Of a DNA stretch of 18,562 nt, positions 1-9,006 are shown piece by piece. The stretch lies in assembly GCA_004524535.1 (NCBI GenBank), contig SDNY01000071.1, positions 1 to 18,562 of the forward strand, in the 5' to 3' direction. The DNA is from Promethearchaeota archaeon. Lineage in GTDB: Archaea; Asgardarchaeota; Lokiarchaeia; Sigyniarchaeales; SOKP01. A program made the translations under genes and the position numbers. Positions within the stretch are counted from its first letter, which is position 1, and each line of letters begins with the position of its first letter. The notes beneath the pieces were generated by a model. It saw only the letters and a program-made list of their open reading frames with translations, did not search any database and was not told the origin of the DNA.

Positions 1-165
1 TTCTCTAATAAAATAGAGAATATCATATCAACGGATATTTCATCTTTGGAGCAGAATATTACAAATGAAATTGAAAAATTGAACACAGAACTGAATAATC
101 TTAAAGAAACTTATAAAGAAATGAATTTAGCAACTGAAAAATTAAAAAACATAATCAAATCTTAA
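1..165 (+). CDS. 3' end of a gene entering from the left edge; coiled-coil-like C-terminus, product unknown
   Basis: Frame 1 is open from base 1 to TAA at 163-165 (FSNKIENIISTDISSLEQNITNEIEKLNTELNNLKETYKEMNLATEKLKNIIKS*), with heptad-like I/L periodicity. It overlaps the convergent downstream gene by 11 nt. Absent from the ORF track because its start lies outside the window. Confidence 0.7.
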   Translation, partial: FSNKIENIISTDISSLEQNITNEIEKLNTELNNLKETYKEMNLATEKLKNIIKS

Positions 166-439
166 ATTTCAAACTGGAAAAATTAGATATTCGTAATTTA
201 TATTTAGGTATTGATGTACTTAATCTTTTTAAATGATTTCGCTTAGCTATACCGCTTAATATTCTCCCAATTTTATCGACTTTTATGTTAACGCCGAAAT
301 TCTCCTTTAGTACGGAATTTATTTTATAAGAGGACAAAATCACAACATCGGAGACATTCTTTTCACATAATAACTTAATTGCCTTTTTTATATAACCTAA
401 TAGACTTTCTTTGTCAATGTCTTTTTTTTTTGTCATCAT
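155..439 (-). CDS. Small basic hypothetical protein, possibly winged-helix-like DNA-binding
   Basis: 94-aa Lys-rich ORF. Pattern 'LSSYKINSVLKENFGVNIKVDKIGRILSGIAKRNHLKRL...PKYKL' resembles helix-turn-helix plus wing (fold inferred by eye only). Confidence 0.6.
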   Translation of the reverse strand: MMTKKKDIDKESLLGYIKKAIKLLCEKNVSDVVILSSYKINSVLKENFGVNIKVDKIGRILSGIAKRNHLKRLSTSIPKYKLRISNFSSLKFKI

Positions 440-518
440 TAATAATTTATCTACTGTATATTTAAATTTTATCTTAGGACCTTTTTAAAAATTATTAAAA
501 TTTAATTAATACGGGGAT

Positions 519-1523
519 TTATTTAGATTCTGTTTTCTCCCACCATTCAGAAATAGATTTTATATAATCTTCGGTCCATAATGTTTTGACTTTACACATC
601 ACCTCAAGGCATTCCATACACCTTTCTGGAGTGAATATTGGATCAGAGATGTACTTTTCACCTCCATCTGGTAAAAGAACGACTAATGTCCCAGAATCCA
701 TTTTATTAGCAGTTTCAAGAGCGACATGCATGGCTGCTCCCGAACTGATACCACAAAAAATGCCCTCTTGTAATGCTAACATACGAGATGCGTGTTCTGC
801 ATCATCCATGGTAACATATATTTTCTCATCTATTCTCGATTCATCAAAAATATTTGGAATGTAAGAAGTTTCCAAGTTTTTTAAACCTTGGATAGGAGCA
901 TTAGGGACAGGTTCTACTGCGATAATTTTAATATCTGGATTATATTCTTTTAATCGTTTAGAGACTCCCATCAATGTTCCAGATGTGCCCAACCCCGCAA
1001 CAAATACATCTAATTCCCCATCAGTATCGTTAATTATTTCTCCGGCTGTATATCTATAATGTGCAAGTGGGTTATTTTCATTTGCGAACTGGTTTGGATA
1101 GAAATACTTATCTGGATTTTTCAATACTATTTCTTTAACATAATCCACAGCACCATTCATCCCCTTATCTCCGGGAGTTAATGTTATTTTTGCTCCATAA
1201 ACCGTCATTATCTTACGACGTTCAACTGACATCGTTTCAGGCATAACGATTTCTAAATGATAATCCTTTACTGCACAAACCATTGCCAATCCAATTCCAG
1301 TATTACCAGAACTTGGCTCTATGATTATCTTTTCTTTTGTTAAAATACCTTGTTTTTCAGCTTCTTCTATCATAGTTATAGCAATTCTTTCTTTCACGGA
1401 ACCTGCTGGATTGTATTTTTCTAATTTAGCCAACATAAGAACATTTTTATTCGGATTAATTTTATTGATGCGGACTAAAGGGGTTCTGCCAATTAATTTC
1501 AGTACATTTTGAAAATATTTCAT
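519..1523 (-). CDS. cysM: PLP-dependent cysteine synthase (CysK/CysM family, CysM-like) with Cys-rich C-terminal extension
   Basis: Motifs IGRTPLV, KLEKYNPAGSVKER (PLP Lys), PSSGNTG, NQFANENN, GLGTSGT, IQGLKN, GISSGAA, PDGGEKY. Likely start is ATG at 1523 (MKYFQ) after GTGAG; the track gives GTG at 1535. Confidence 0.88.
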   Translation of the reverse strand: MKYFQNVLKLIGRTPLVRINKINPNKNVLMLAKLEKYNPAGSVKERIAITMIEEAEKQGILTKEKIIIEPSSGNTGIGLAMVCAVKDYHLEIVMPETMSVERRKIMTVYGAKITLTPGDKGMNGAVDYVKEIVLKNPDKYFYPNQFANENNPLAHYRYTAGEIINDTDGELDVFVAGLGTSGTLMGVSKRLKEYNPDIKIIAVEPVPNAPIQGLKNLETSYIPNIFDESRIDEKIYVTMDDAEHASRMLALQEGIFCGISSGAAMHVALETANKMDSGTLVVLLPDGGEKYISDPIFTPERCMECLEVMCKVKTLWTEDYIKSISEWWEKTESK

Positions 1524-1830
1524 GGGCTTTCTCACAAATTATTGGTCAATTAAGTAAATTGAATGTGTTAAATAATGTAAAATCTACATAAAATAGAAAG
1601 TGTTTCATTATTTTTAAAAAATTTTAATGGAAATCATTAAAAATCCATTATATCAATTTTTTAGGTAAAATGAATTAATTGTTTTAAATTTATCAATTAT
1701 AAATTATCAATTAAAAACAACATTAACACCTTTTTGTGAATATACTTTTTCATTAGGTTTTTAATGATTTTGAGAACCTGAATTTTTATTCTCTATAATC
1801 ATTAAATTTTTAACTTTAATTATTTATTTT

Positions 1831-2217
1831 TTGATTAAGGTGGTCATAATTTATTCTGATAAAGTAATGGAACATTTTAAGAATCCCCGAAATATGGGTG
1901 AAATGGAGGATGCTGATGCTGTAGGGGAGGTAGGCAATCCTACTTGTGGAGATCTTATGTATATTTATATTAAAGTAAAAGAAGATAAAATAGAGGATAT
2001 TTCTTTTCAAACCTTCGGTTGTGGGGCTGCTATAGCTACTTCAAGTATGGTTACAGAGATGGCAAAAGGGAAAACATTAGATGAAGCATTAGAAATAACA
2101 AGAAAAGATGTGGCTGATGCCTTAGATGGACTTCCACCAATCAAAATGCACTGTAGCAATTTAGCTGCGGATGGATTGCATAAAGCGATAGAAAAGTATC
2201 GTGAAAAGCAAAAATAG
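1831..2217 (+). CDS. iscU: Fe-S cluster assembly scaffold IscU/NifU-N
   Basis: YSDKVMEHFKNPRN, GNPTCGD, FGCG, LPPIKMHCS (three conserved Cys plus LPPVK-like motif). Start uncertain: TTG 1831, GTG 1840 or ATT 1849. Confidence 0.95.
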   Translation: MIKVVIIYSDKVMEHFKNPRNMGEMEDADAVGEVGNPTCGDLMYIYIKVKEDKIEDISFQTFGCGAAIATSSMVTEMAKGKTLDEALEITRKDVADALDGLPPIKMHCSNLAADGLHKAIEKYREKQK

Positions 2218-2341
2218 TTGACTGATAATACGAGAAATATAATATTATTGAATCAACTATACAAATAACCTTAGAATTTGAGACCAATGCTTGTTATTTT
2301 AACTAATATTAATTATTCCATAAATCATACTTAATAATTAC

Positions 2342-2395
2342 GTTTATAATATCAACATTCTGAAGTAGATGTTTACAAATTATAAACAAAATCTA
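2342..2395. promoter_or_regulatory. Candidate operator (nested inverted repeats) upstream of copA
   Basis: GTTTATAAT (2342-2350) and ATTATAAAC (2379-2387) are an exact inverted pair. TAGATGTTTA-N7-TAAAC-AAA-ATCTA (2366-2395) is an imperfect palindrome. Confidence 0.3.
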
Positions 2396-2450
2396 TAATA
2401 AATCATTTTGATATCTTCCACTAGAAGTATTATAATCTTGGGTGATAATC

Positions 2451-5400
2451 GTGAAAGAACAAAAAAAAGAAAAGATTAAAATAAAACTTGGTGGAATGAC
2501 TTGTGCATCTTGTGCCCTTAAAATTGAAACTAAATTAAAGAATCTTGATGGTGTAAATAGTTCAGTAGTTAATTTTGCAAATGAAGAAGCTACAGTTGAG
2601 TATGACCCTAAAACGACTAATTATGAAACGTTTAATAAAGCAATAAATGATTTGGGGTATAAATCTTCGTTAGCAAAGATTGATATAAAAATTATTGATT
2701 CGCTTTCTGAGGATAATTTTAATAGTTCAGTGGAATTGATTAAGAAAATTGATGGTGTCTATGGTGTAAGAGGGAATTATAAATCAGGTAAAGTTTTTAT
2801 AGAATTTAGTGAATTAGAGATTGATGAGAATAAATTATATTCAAAAATAAAGCAATTAGGTTATAAAATTGAGAAATCTGCTAGTGTTATAGATAAAGAA
2901 ATTGAGGCTCATAGAAAAGAATTGAAATATAGACGGCATATTTTCATAATTTCTTTAATTTTTTCGCTGATAATAACACCTATTAGTTGGTTTGTAGTCG
3001 AATCGTTTGAAAGGAACTTTTTCCTTTTCTTTTTAGCTATAGCAAATTATTCCATATCGGGATCATTCTTTTTAAAAGGTGCTTACAAATCTCTTAAAAA
3101 TAAATCTGCGAACATGGATGTATTAGTTGCCTTAGGAACCACGACTGCGCTGATTTATTCAATATTAACAACTTTCTTTATATCAGGGAGAACATTTTAC
3201 GAGGCAATGAGTATGATTCTTACTTTTCTATTGATTGGAAAATACCTTGAACATAAAACTAAGGGGCAAACATCTGAAGCTATCAAAAAATTAATAGGGT
3301 TGCAACCGAAAACTGCGACTATCTTAAAAAATAGAAAGGAGATAGAGATACCCATTGAAGAAATTGAAATAGGTGATGTGTTGGTGGTAAGACCAGGTGA
3401 AAAAATACCTGTTGATGGAAAAGTAATTCAAGGGAAAACCAAAGTAGATGAGTCAATGATAACAGGTGAGAGCAAATATGTTAAAAAAGATGTTGATAGC
3501 GAAGTAATAGGGGCAACAGTGAACCAAACTGGTTTAATTCATATGCAAACTGAGAAAGTGGGAAAAGAAACATTATTATCTCAAATTATTGATTTTGTGA
3601 AGCAAGCTCAAGGTAGGAAAGCAGCTAAACAGCAATTAGCTGATAAAGTTAGTAATTATTTCGTGCCTCTTGTTATTATAATTGCTATTGGATCATTTTT
3701 ATATTGGTATTTTATAGGTTCTATTATATATCCCGAACTCCTAGGTTCAAGACTCGAAACATCCTTATTGGTATTTACCTCAGTCGTAGTTATTGCTTGT
3801 CCTTGCGCTTTGGGATTGGCTATACCGACGGCTGTAATGGTTGGAACGGGGAAGGGTGCCGAAAATGGGCTCCTAATAAAAGGGGGCGATTCTTTAGAAG
3901 CTATAAATAATATCAATACTATTGTATTTGATAAGACCGGTACATTAACTGTTGGAAAACCAAAAGTCTCTGTCATCTTTACTGAAAAAGATTTAAAAGG
4001 TCAAGGATATGACTCAAAGGAACTATTATATTATGCAGGAAGCGCTGAAATGGGATCAGAACATCCACTCAGTTTGGCTATTATTGAAGAAGCTAATCAA
4101 AGAGGACTCTCACTCAACACACCAACTGAATTTGATGCAATTCCAGGTAAAGGCATTTTAACTAAAATTGATGGCAAAATTCTCTTGATCGGAAATGATC
4201 GACTAATGTTAGAAAAAAACATTCCAATAAATGGTTACACGGAAAAATTTAAAGAGTTTCAGCAACAAGGAATAACCTCAATTTTAGTGAGTATTGATAA
4301 TGAAGTGAAAGGGATCATTGGTATTTCAGATAAAATCAAGGATCAAGCTCCATACGCTTTAGATCAATTACGAGGGATGGGGTTAAATATCTACATGTTA
4401 ACGGGGGATAATAAACAAACCGCACTAACTATAGGAAAAGAATTAAAAATTGATGAAAAACATATTTTAGCGGAAGTTTTGCCTAATGAAAAAGCACTTA
4501 CTATTAAAAAACTTCAAGATTCTAACGAAAATATAAATGTAGGAATGGTTGGTGATGGCATAAACGACGCACCAGCTTTAGCGCAAGCTGATGTAGGTAT
4601 AGCAGTAGGTTCTGGTACGGATGTTGCTATTGAAACAGCAGACATCGTATTAATGAGGGGAGATCTTAGAAATGTTGTTTCAGCTATCAAATTATCTAAG
4701 AAAACTTACAAAAAAATGATAACAAATTTGTTCTGGGCTTTTATATATAATTTAATTGGAATTCCACTTGCCGCAGGATTATTATTTGGCTTAACGGGAT
4801 ACTTCTTGCCTCCTTATCTTGCTGCAGTATTTATGGCAACAAGTTCTATTTCAGTGGTTACCAACGCATTATTCTTAAAAAGATATGAACCAAAAACTGA
4901 ACAACAACTCGAAGAAGAAAAGTTATTACTGGAAGAAAAAGTAATCGATCCTATATGTGGGATGGAAATTATCCCTAGCCAATCAATTGAGTATAAATAT
5001 AAAGGTGATAAATATTATTTCTGCAATTCATCATGCGAAATTGAATTTAAACGAGATCCTGAAAAATATAAAAATTTTGATAATATAAATCCCAAATTAA
5101 TGCAAAAAGGAATAAAAAAAGAGAAGCTTGTTACCGATCCCGTCTGTGGTATGAAAGGAAAGCCAGAGGAGTGGATTGATTACGAATATAATGGAAAAAA
5201 GTATTATTTTTGCAATCAATCATGTATAGTTGAATTTAAAAAAAATCCTGAGAACTATATTGAAAGTGAAAAAAATGAAGAAATAATTAATTCAAAAAAG
5301 GAGGTTGAAGAAAAAGTGGGAAAATTAAAGTGTGTAGAATGTGGTGCTGAACAAGACTTACCAATGCATTGTGGTAAACCAATGCATAAAGAAGGTAACC

Positions 5401-5483
5401 AATTGGTTTGCTGGATGGGTCCATCATGTGGAGCACAACCGATCCCAGAGCACCATGAAAAACCTATGGAAGTAATTGAATAA
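2451..5483 (+). CDS. copA: Cu(I)-translocating P1B-1 ATPase with N-terminal HMA, two C-terminal YHS domains and an extra Cys/His-rich terminal domain
   Basis: [39 protein letters not shown] and M..SS motifs; [14 protein letters not shown] and [14 protein letters not shown] (YHS). Likely start is GTG 2451 after SD GGTGAT (2441-2446); the track gives 2442. Confidence 0.95.
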   Translation: MKEQKKEKIKIKLGGMTCASCALKIETKLKNLDGVNSSVVNFANEEATVEYDPKTTNYETFNKAINDLGYKSSLAKIDIKIIDSLSEDNFNSSVELIKKIDGVYGVRGNYKSGKVFIEFSELEIDENKLYSKIKQLGYKIEKSASVIDKEIEAHRKELKYRRHIFIISLIFSLIITPISWFVVESFERNFFLFFLAIANYSISGSFFLKGAYKSLKNKSANMDVLVALGTTTALIYSILTTFFISGRTFYEAMSMILTFLLIGKYLEHKTKGQTSEAIKKLIGLQPKTATILKNRKEIEIPIEEIEIGDVLVVRPGEKIPVDGKVIQGKTKVDESMITGESKYVKKDVDSEVIGATVNQTGLIHMQTEKVGKETLLSQIIDFVKQAQGRKAAKQQLADKVSNYFVPLVIIIAIGSFLYWYFIGSIIYPELLGSRLETSLLVFTSVVVIACPCALGLAIPTAVMVGTGKGAENGLLIKGGDSLEAINNINTIVFDKTGTLTVGKPKVSVIFTEKDLKGQGYDSKELLYYAGSAEMGSEHPLSLAIIEEANQRGLSLNTPTEFDAIPGKGILTKIDGKILLIGNDRLMLEKNIPINGYTEKFKEFQQQGITSILVSIDNEVKGIIGISDKIKDQAPYALDQLRGMGLNIYMLTGDNKQTALTIGKELKIDEKHILAEVLPNEKALTIKKLQDSNENINVGMVGDGINDAPALAQADVGIAVGSGTDVAIETADIVLMRGDLRNVVSAIKLSKKTYKKMITNLFWAFIYNLIGIPLAAGLLFGLTGYFLPPYLAAVFMATSSISVVTNALFLKRYEPKTEQQLEEEKLLLEEKVIDPICGMEIIPSQSIEYKYKGDKYYFCNSSCEIEFKRDPEKYKNFDNINPKLMQKGIKKEKLVTDPVCGMKGKPEEWIDYEYNGKKYYFCNQSCIVEFKKNPENYIESEKNEEIINSKKEVEEKVGKLKCVECGAEQDLPMHCGKPMHKEGNQLVCWMGPSCGAQPIPEHHEKPMEVIE

Positions 5484-5491
5484 TAAAAATA

Positions 5492-5500
5492 TTTTTTTTT
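5492..5500 (+). terminator. Oligo-T tract, likely archaeal intrinsic terminator for copA
   Basis: T9 run 8 nt after the copA stop codon, in a convergent intergenic region. Confidence 0.4.
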
Positions 5501-5596
5501 CAATTAAACGTATAATAATTTATTTTTTTACTTTTATTTTTTAAACTAAATAAGATTCAAAGTATTTTTTGATTCTATAATCGTTGCATTAAAAAT

Positions 5597-7855
5597 TCAA
5601 TTTAATATTAATAATTTCCTTTTTTGAGGTACACTAACTTTTTCTACACCCAATTCTTTTACGTAATCTGCTACATCAACTAATTTCTTTGAACTTTGGT
5701 GAAAAAAACAGACTTCCTTAGGCTCAAGATTTTTTATCATTTCTGTTAACTGTAGTTTATCTCCATGAAGTTTTATTTTCAACTGGGGAGCAAAGTTGTT
5801 TAACAATAAAGCTCTAAATGGCATTTTCCATGTTTCAGAAAACTCAATTTCTTCGGCACCTTCAATAAGATCTAACCCCGGTTGTTCATGAATTGCCCCG
5901 GATAGAAAAACTAAGTTATGAGGATTCCTTCCTATTATATTAATTATATTCCTAATTATTCCGTATGAAAGATCTGGTGGATGAGAAATTATTATATTAT
6001 TCTTTTTACGCAGAAAATCTAAATCTTTAAGATCAAACCATCTCATTTTAATACTATTAAATGGATTCGCTTTATCTCGTATTAATCTCGAAATAGGACC
6101 ATAAATATATTCATAACGATGATTTATAACTTGAATGTTTTTTCGGACCATTTGATCTACATAAATATTGGGCCTCTTTTGATATCCTTTTTTCAATTGG
6201 AGCTTTCTAAAATATCTCCAAAAAGTTAAAAGAAAAGAGATTGCTAAACTGGAAGGATCCGCTCCTATTAAAGAGCTATCACCATATTCGGCTTTCTGCT
6301 CCATGAATAGAATTAAACTATGAAATTGCTGAGATTGATCGCCTAAATCTTCATTTGCACAGACAGCATCAATAAGGAGAAAATCAATTGGACGAGAAAT
6401 TTGTTTCAAAAAGCTTCTTGTCCCAGCAAATGGAGTAATATCCCAGTATGTATAATCACCTGTATATAAAAATCGATAATTTTTGATTTTTGCTAACAGC
6501 ATTAAAGCTCCTGGCATATGTCCAGCGTGAAAAAACGAAAGATAACAATTTTTATTCTTAAATTCTATTTTTTCACCATTTTCAACGTAAATTACATTTT
6601 TTATTACATTTATATAACTTTCATCCTCAATAACATCATGATTTTCCTGTTTTAAGAACTCAGAATCTCGGAGGAGGTAAAGATCTAAAGTAATTCTTGA
6701 AGATAAAATTGGAACGTCCGGATATAATTTAATTAATTCCTTTAGCCCTGAAATATGATCGAAATGACTATGAGAGATGAAGATTGCGTCCAACTTTGGT
6801 CTGAAGGAAATATTATCTAATTCTTTTTCATTTTCTTCATTATTACTTATAATCTGATCTTCTTCGGCCTCGAGAATATACTGAGGTAAGTTTTCAAGAT
6901 AATCTTCAATAAATCTATAATAATGCTCAGTAATTCCGCAATCTAGTAGTATGTTAAATTTACCCAATCCTAGAATAATACAATTATGATTAGGTTTTAG
7001 CACTAAAGGGTAAAGTGTTATTCTAATTTTGTCAGAATCATTCTCACTAAGATTTATATCTTTAAAATAATCAGATGTATATCTCCTCTCAATTTTATCA
7101 ACGGCAATAGAAACATCACTATCACCAACAGGAACTCCTGTAATGTAAAAATACCAACCATAATGTTTGACAAGTTCATCAAGATTTTCATACATTTTAT
7201 CCCCAATTAAAGATTTAATGACAATTACTTTCTCATTAAAATAATAATTGATCGTTTTAATAGCAAATTTTTCTTTTTCAGGGATTTGCTTATTATGTAA
7301 AAAGAAATGGTTTAAAAGTTCATTAAACGGTTTTTGAGGGATTTTTTTTGAATTTATAAGCTTAAAATATTTAAAATATTCTTTAGTCTTATATAATCCT
7401 CGCATCTTCTCTTTTTGTTTAATTTTAATTTTATGTTCTTTAAATTCATATTCTTCTGTTTTCACGGTTATTTCTTCTTTTTTAATTTTCTTTTTCGTTC
7501 GTTTTGCTTTACTCATATCCTCCGTCTCGGAAACAAAGAAAAACCAACCATAAAGCCTAATAAATTTATCTCGATTCCAAATAAATTGCTTTCCATGTTT
7601 AGTTATAACAATAATTATACGATCTTTAGGGGAATATAAGATTTTTGAAACAGAATTTTTGGTTTTATTTGAGAGAGATGTATTTTTATTAAATAAATGA
7701 TCTAACACTTCATTAATTTCCTTTTGAGGAATTTTGCTTTTTTCCATAAAGTCTAATTTCTTCTTAAATGATTTAATTCTAAAAGAAGAACTTAATTCAC
7801 TTTTTTCTTCAATTAAAATGGATTTATTATTAAACTTAAATTCCTCCTTCTTCAT
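5597..7855 (-). CDS. Metallo-beta-lactamase/beta-CASP ribonuclease-like protein (CPSF73/aCPSF-like) with duplicated N-terminal domain
   Basis: LLDCG, SHSHFDH (HxHxDH), HAGHMPG, YTGDY, DFLLID, KLHGD and C-terminal FFHQ match MBL motifs 1-4 and beta-CASP motifs A-C. Confidence 0.8.
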   Translation of the reverse strand: MKKEEFKFNNKSILIEEKSELSSSFRIKSFKKKLDFMEKSKIPQKEINEVLDHLFNKNTSLSNKTKNSVSKILYSPKDRIIIVITKHGKQFIWNRDKFIRLYGWFFFVSETEDMSKAKRTKKKIKKEEITVKTEEYEFKEHKIKIKQKEKMRGLYKTKEYFKYFKLINSKKIPQKPFNELLNHFFLHNKQIPEKEKFAIKTINYYFNEKVIVIKSLIGDKMYENLDELVKHYGWYFYITGVPVGDSDVSIAVDKIERRYTSDYFKDINLSENDSDKIRITLYPLVLKPNHNCIILGLGKFNILLDCGITEHYYRFIEDYLENLPQYILEAEEDQIISNNEENEKELDNISFRPKLDAIFISHSHFDHISGLKELIKLYPDVPILSSRITLDLYLLRDSEFLKQENHDVIEDESYINVIKNVIYVENGEKIEFKNKNCYLSFFHAGHMPGALMLLAKIKNYRFLYTGDYTYWDITPFAGTRSFLKQISRPIDFLLIDAVCANEDLGDQSQQFHSLILFMEQKAEYGDSSLIGADPSSLAISFLLTFWRYFRKLQLKKGYQKRPNIYVDQMVRKNIQVINHRYEYIYGPISRLIRDKANPFNSIKMRWFDLKDLDFLRKKNNIIISHPPDLSYGIIRNIINIIGRNPHNLVFLSGAIHEQPGLDLIEGAEEIEFSETWKMPFRALLLNNFAPQLKIKLHGDKLQLTEMIKNLEPKEVCFFHQSSKKLVDVADYVKELGVEKVSVPQKRKLLILN

Positions 7856-7949
7856 TACTTAATACAAATTTCCGTAACAAAAAATTATTACGATTTTTCC
7901 AAAAATCAAGCTTTCAAATTCTAAAGAAAATTAAACTCGATTTATATGA

Positions 7950-8891
7950 TTAAGGCACTTTATTTAATTTATTCAAAAAAATTGCCGCATCTTTAAGGGT
8001 TAATGCTAATCCTTGCATTAAATTGACGTATTTTTGCGTAAAATAAATTTTCCCTTCAAATTTTGGATTATCTTTAATTTCATCAATATTAACTATAACA
8101 GATTTCAAGACACTAATGCCTAAAGAATCGATATAAACCGTATCACCATCTTTTGCGGAAGAATAGTTTACCTTAGAATAGATCCAAAATTGGTTTGTCG
8201 GTTGTTCTATTTTTATAGGTTTTTTAGCTTTTTTAGCTATTTTTTTCTTAGGACTTTCTAAATCGATAATTTTTGCGATTAGTTTTTCCAAATAACTATT
8301 CGCTTCAGTTAAATTAAGCTCAGAAGACATAAGTAAAACAAGATTTAAAGTGATTTCTTTAAGTTGAAGTTTTTTTGAATAGACTTTTTGGTTATTTTCT
8401 AACAACAATATTGTTTGTTTTATATTAATTGGTTGCTTTTTCTCAATTTGCTCTAGTTGGCTTGCTATAATTACAAAGATCTCATCTGGTAATGAAGAAT
8501 ACATTACTTTTCCTTCTAAATTAAATATTGCGCCCCCTAACATTTTTTTATCTATCAATGATGCTCTTAAAATCTCAGCAATATTTTTTATTAATTGGGA
8601 TAAAGTATAGGTTATTATCCCTTCTTTATCTTTAGATTCACTTTCATAGAATTCGATTTTAGTAATTTCAAAATCTGCTTTATGATATGCTCTTACGGTA
8701 AAATTTTTATCTATAAACGCTTGAAAGCTGTGTTCGCATACAAAATCAGAAGGAATCGAAATTGTTGTTATATTTTCACTATGTTTAGTCAGTTCCATGG
8801 GAACCTTCAAGAACTTCTCTTTTCCACATCTAGGGCAGATTAATCTTATTTTTCTGTAATTCTCCCTAAAAATCTCGTCTTCATTGAGCAT
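7950..8891 (-). CDS. Hypothetical protein: N-terminal Zn-ribbon (CxxC...CxH) plus Roadblock/longin/profilin-like middle domain
   Basis: ICPRCG...VCEHSFQAFIDKNF..R, followed by 'LGGAIFNLEGKVMYSSLP...IASQL' and beta-strands then a helix, typical of Roadblock-like folds. Fold is inferred. Confidence 0.65.
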   Translation of the reverse strand: MLNEDEIFRENYRKIRLICPRCGKEKFLKVPMELTKHSENITTISIPSDFVCEHSFQAFIDKNFTVRAYHKADFEITKIEFYESESKDKEGIITYTLSQLIKNIAEILRASLIDKKMLGGAIFNLEGKVMYSSLPDEIFVIIASQLEQIEKKQPINIKQTILLLENNQKVYSKKLQLKEITLNLVLLMSSELNLTEANSYLEKLIAKIIDLESPKKKIAKKAKKPIKIEQPTNQFWIYSKVNYSSAKDGDTVYIDSLGISVLKSVIVNIDEIKDNPKFEGKIYFTQKYVNLMQGLALTLKDAAIFLNKLNKVP

Positions 8892-9006
8892 TGGATCGTA
8901 ACAAACGAAGTAAAGTTCAAAATTCTTATTTAATAAAGGTAAAAAAGATTTATAAATTTTTAAAGTATCATGTTATAAGATATAATCTACATATTTAATT
9001 TACCAA

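Noticed and set aside
586-1512. Plus-strand ORFs 586-864 and 1321-1512
   Set aside because: Antisense shadows within cysM, with no recognisable motifs.
1760-1806. ATGA-containing hairpin upstream of iscU as a eukaryote-like SECIS (Lokiarchaeota have these)
   Set aside because: ATGA pairs Watson-Crick with TCAT rather than forming a GA/GA quartet, the site is 5' of both flanking genes, and neither gene has an in-frame UGA.
1816-5503. ORFs 1816-2010(-), 3656-3976(-), 3704-3910(+), 5255-5503(-)
   Set aside because: They overlap iscU or copA antisense or out of frame. The Cys/Trp content of 5255-5503 simply mirrors the sense-strand codons.
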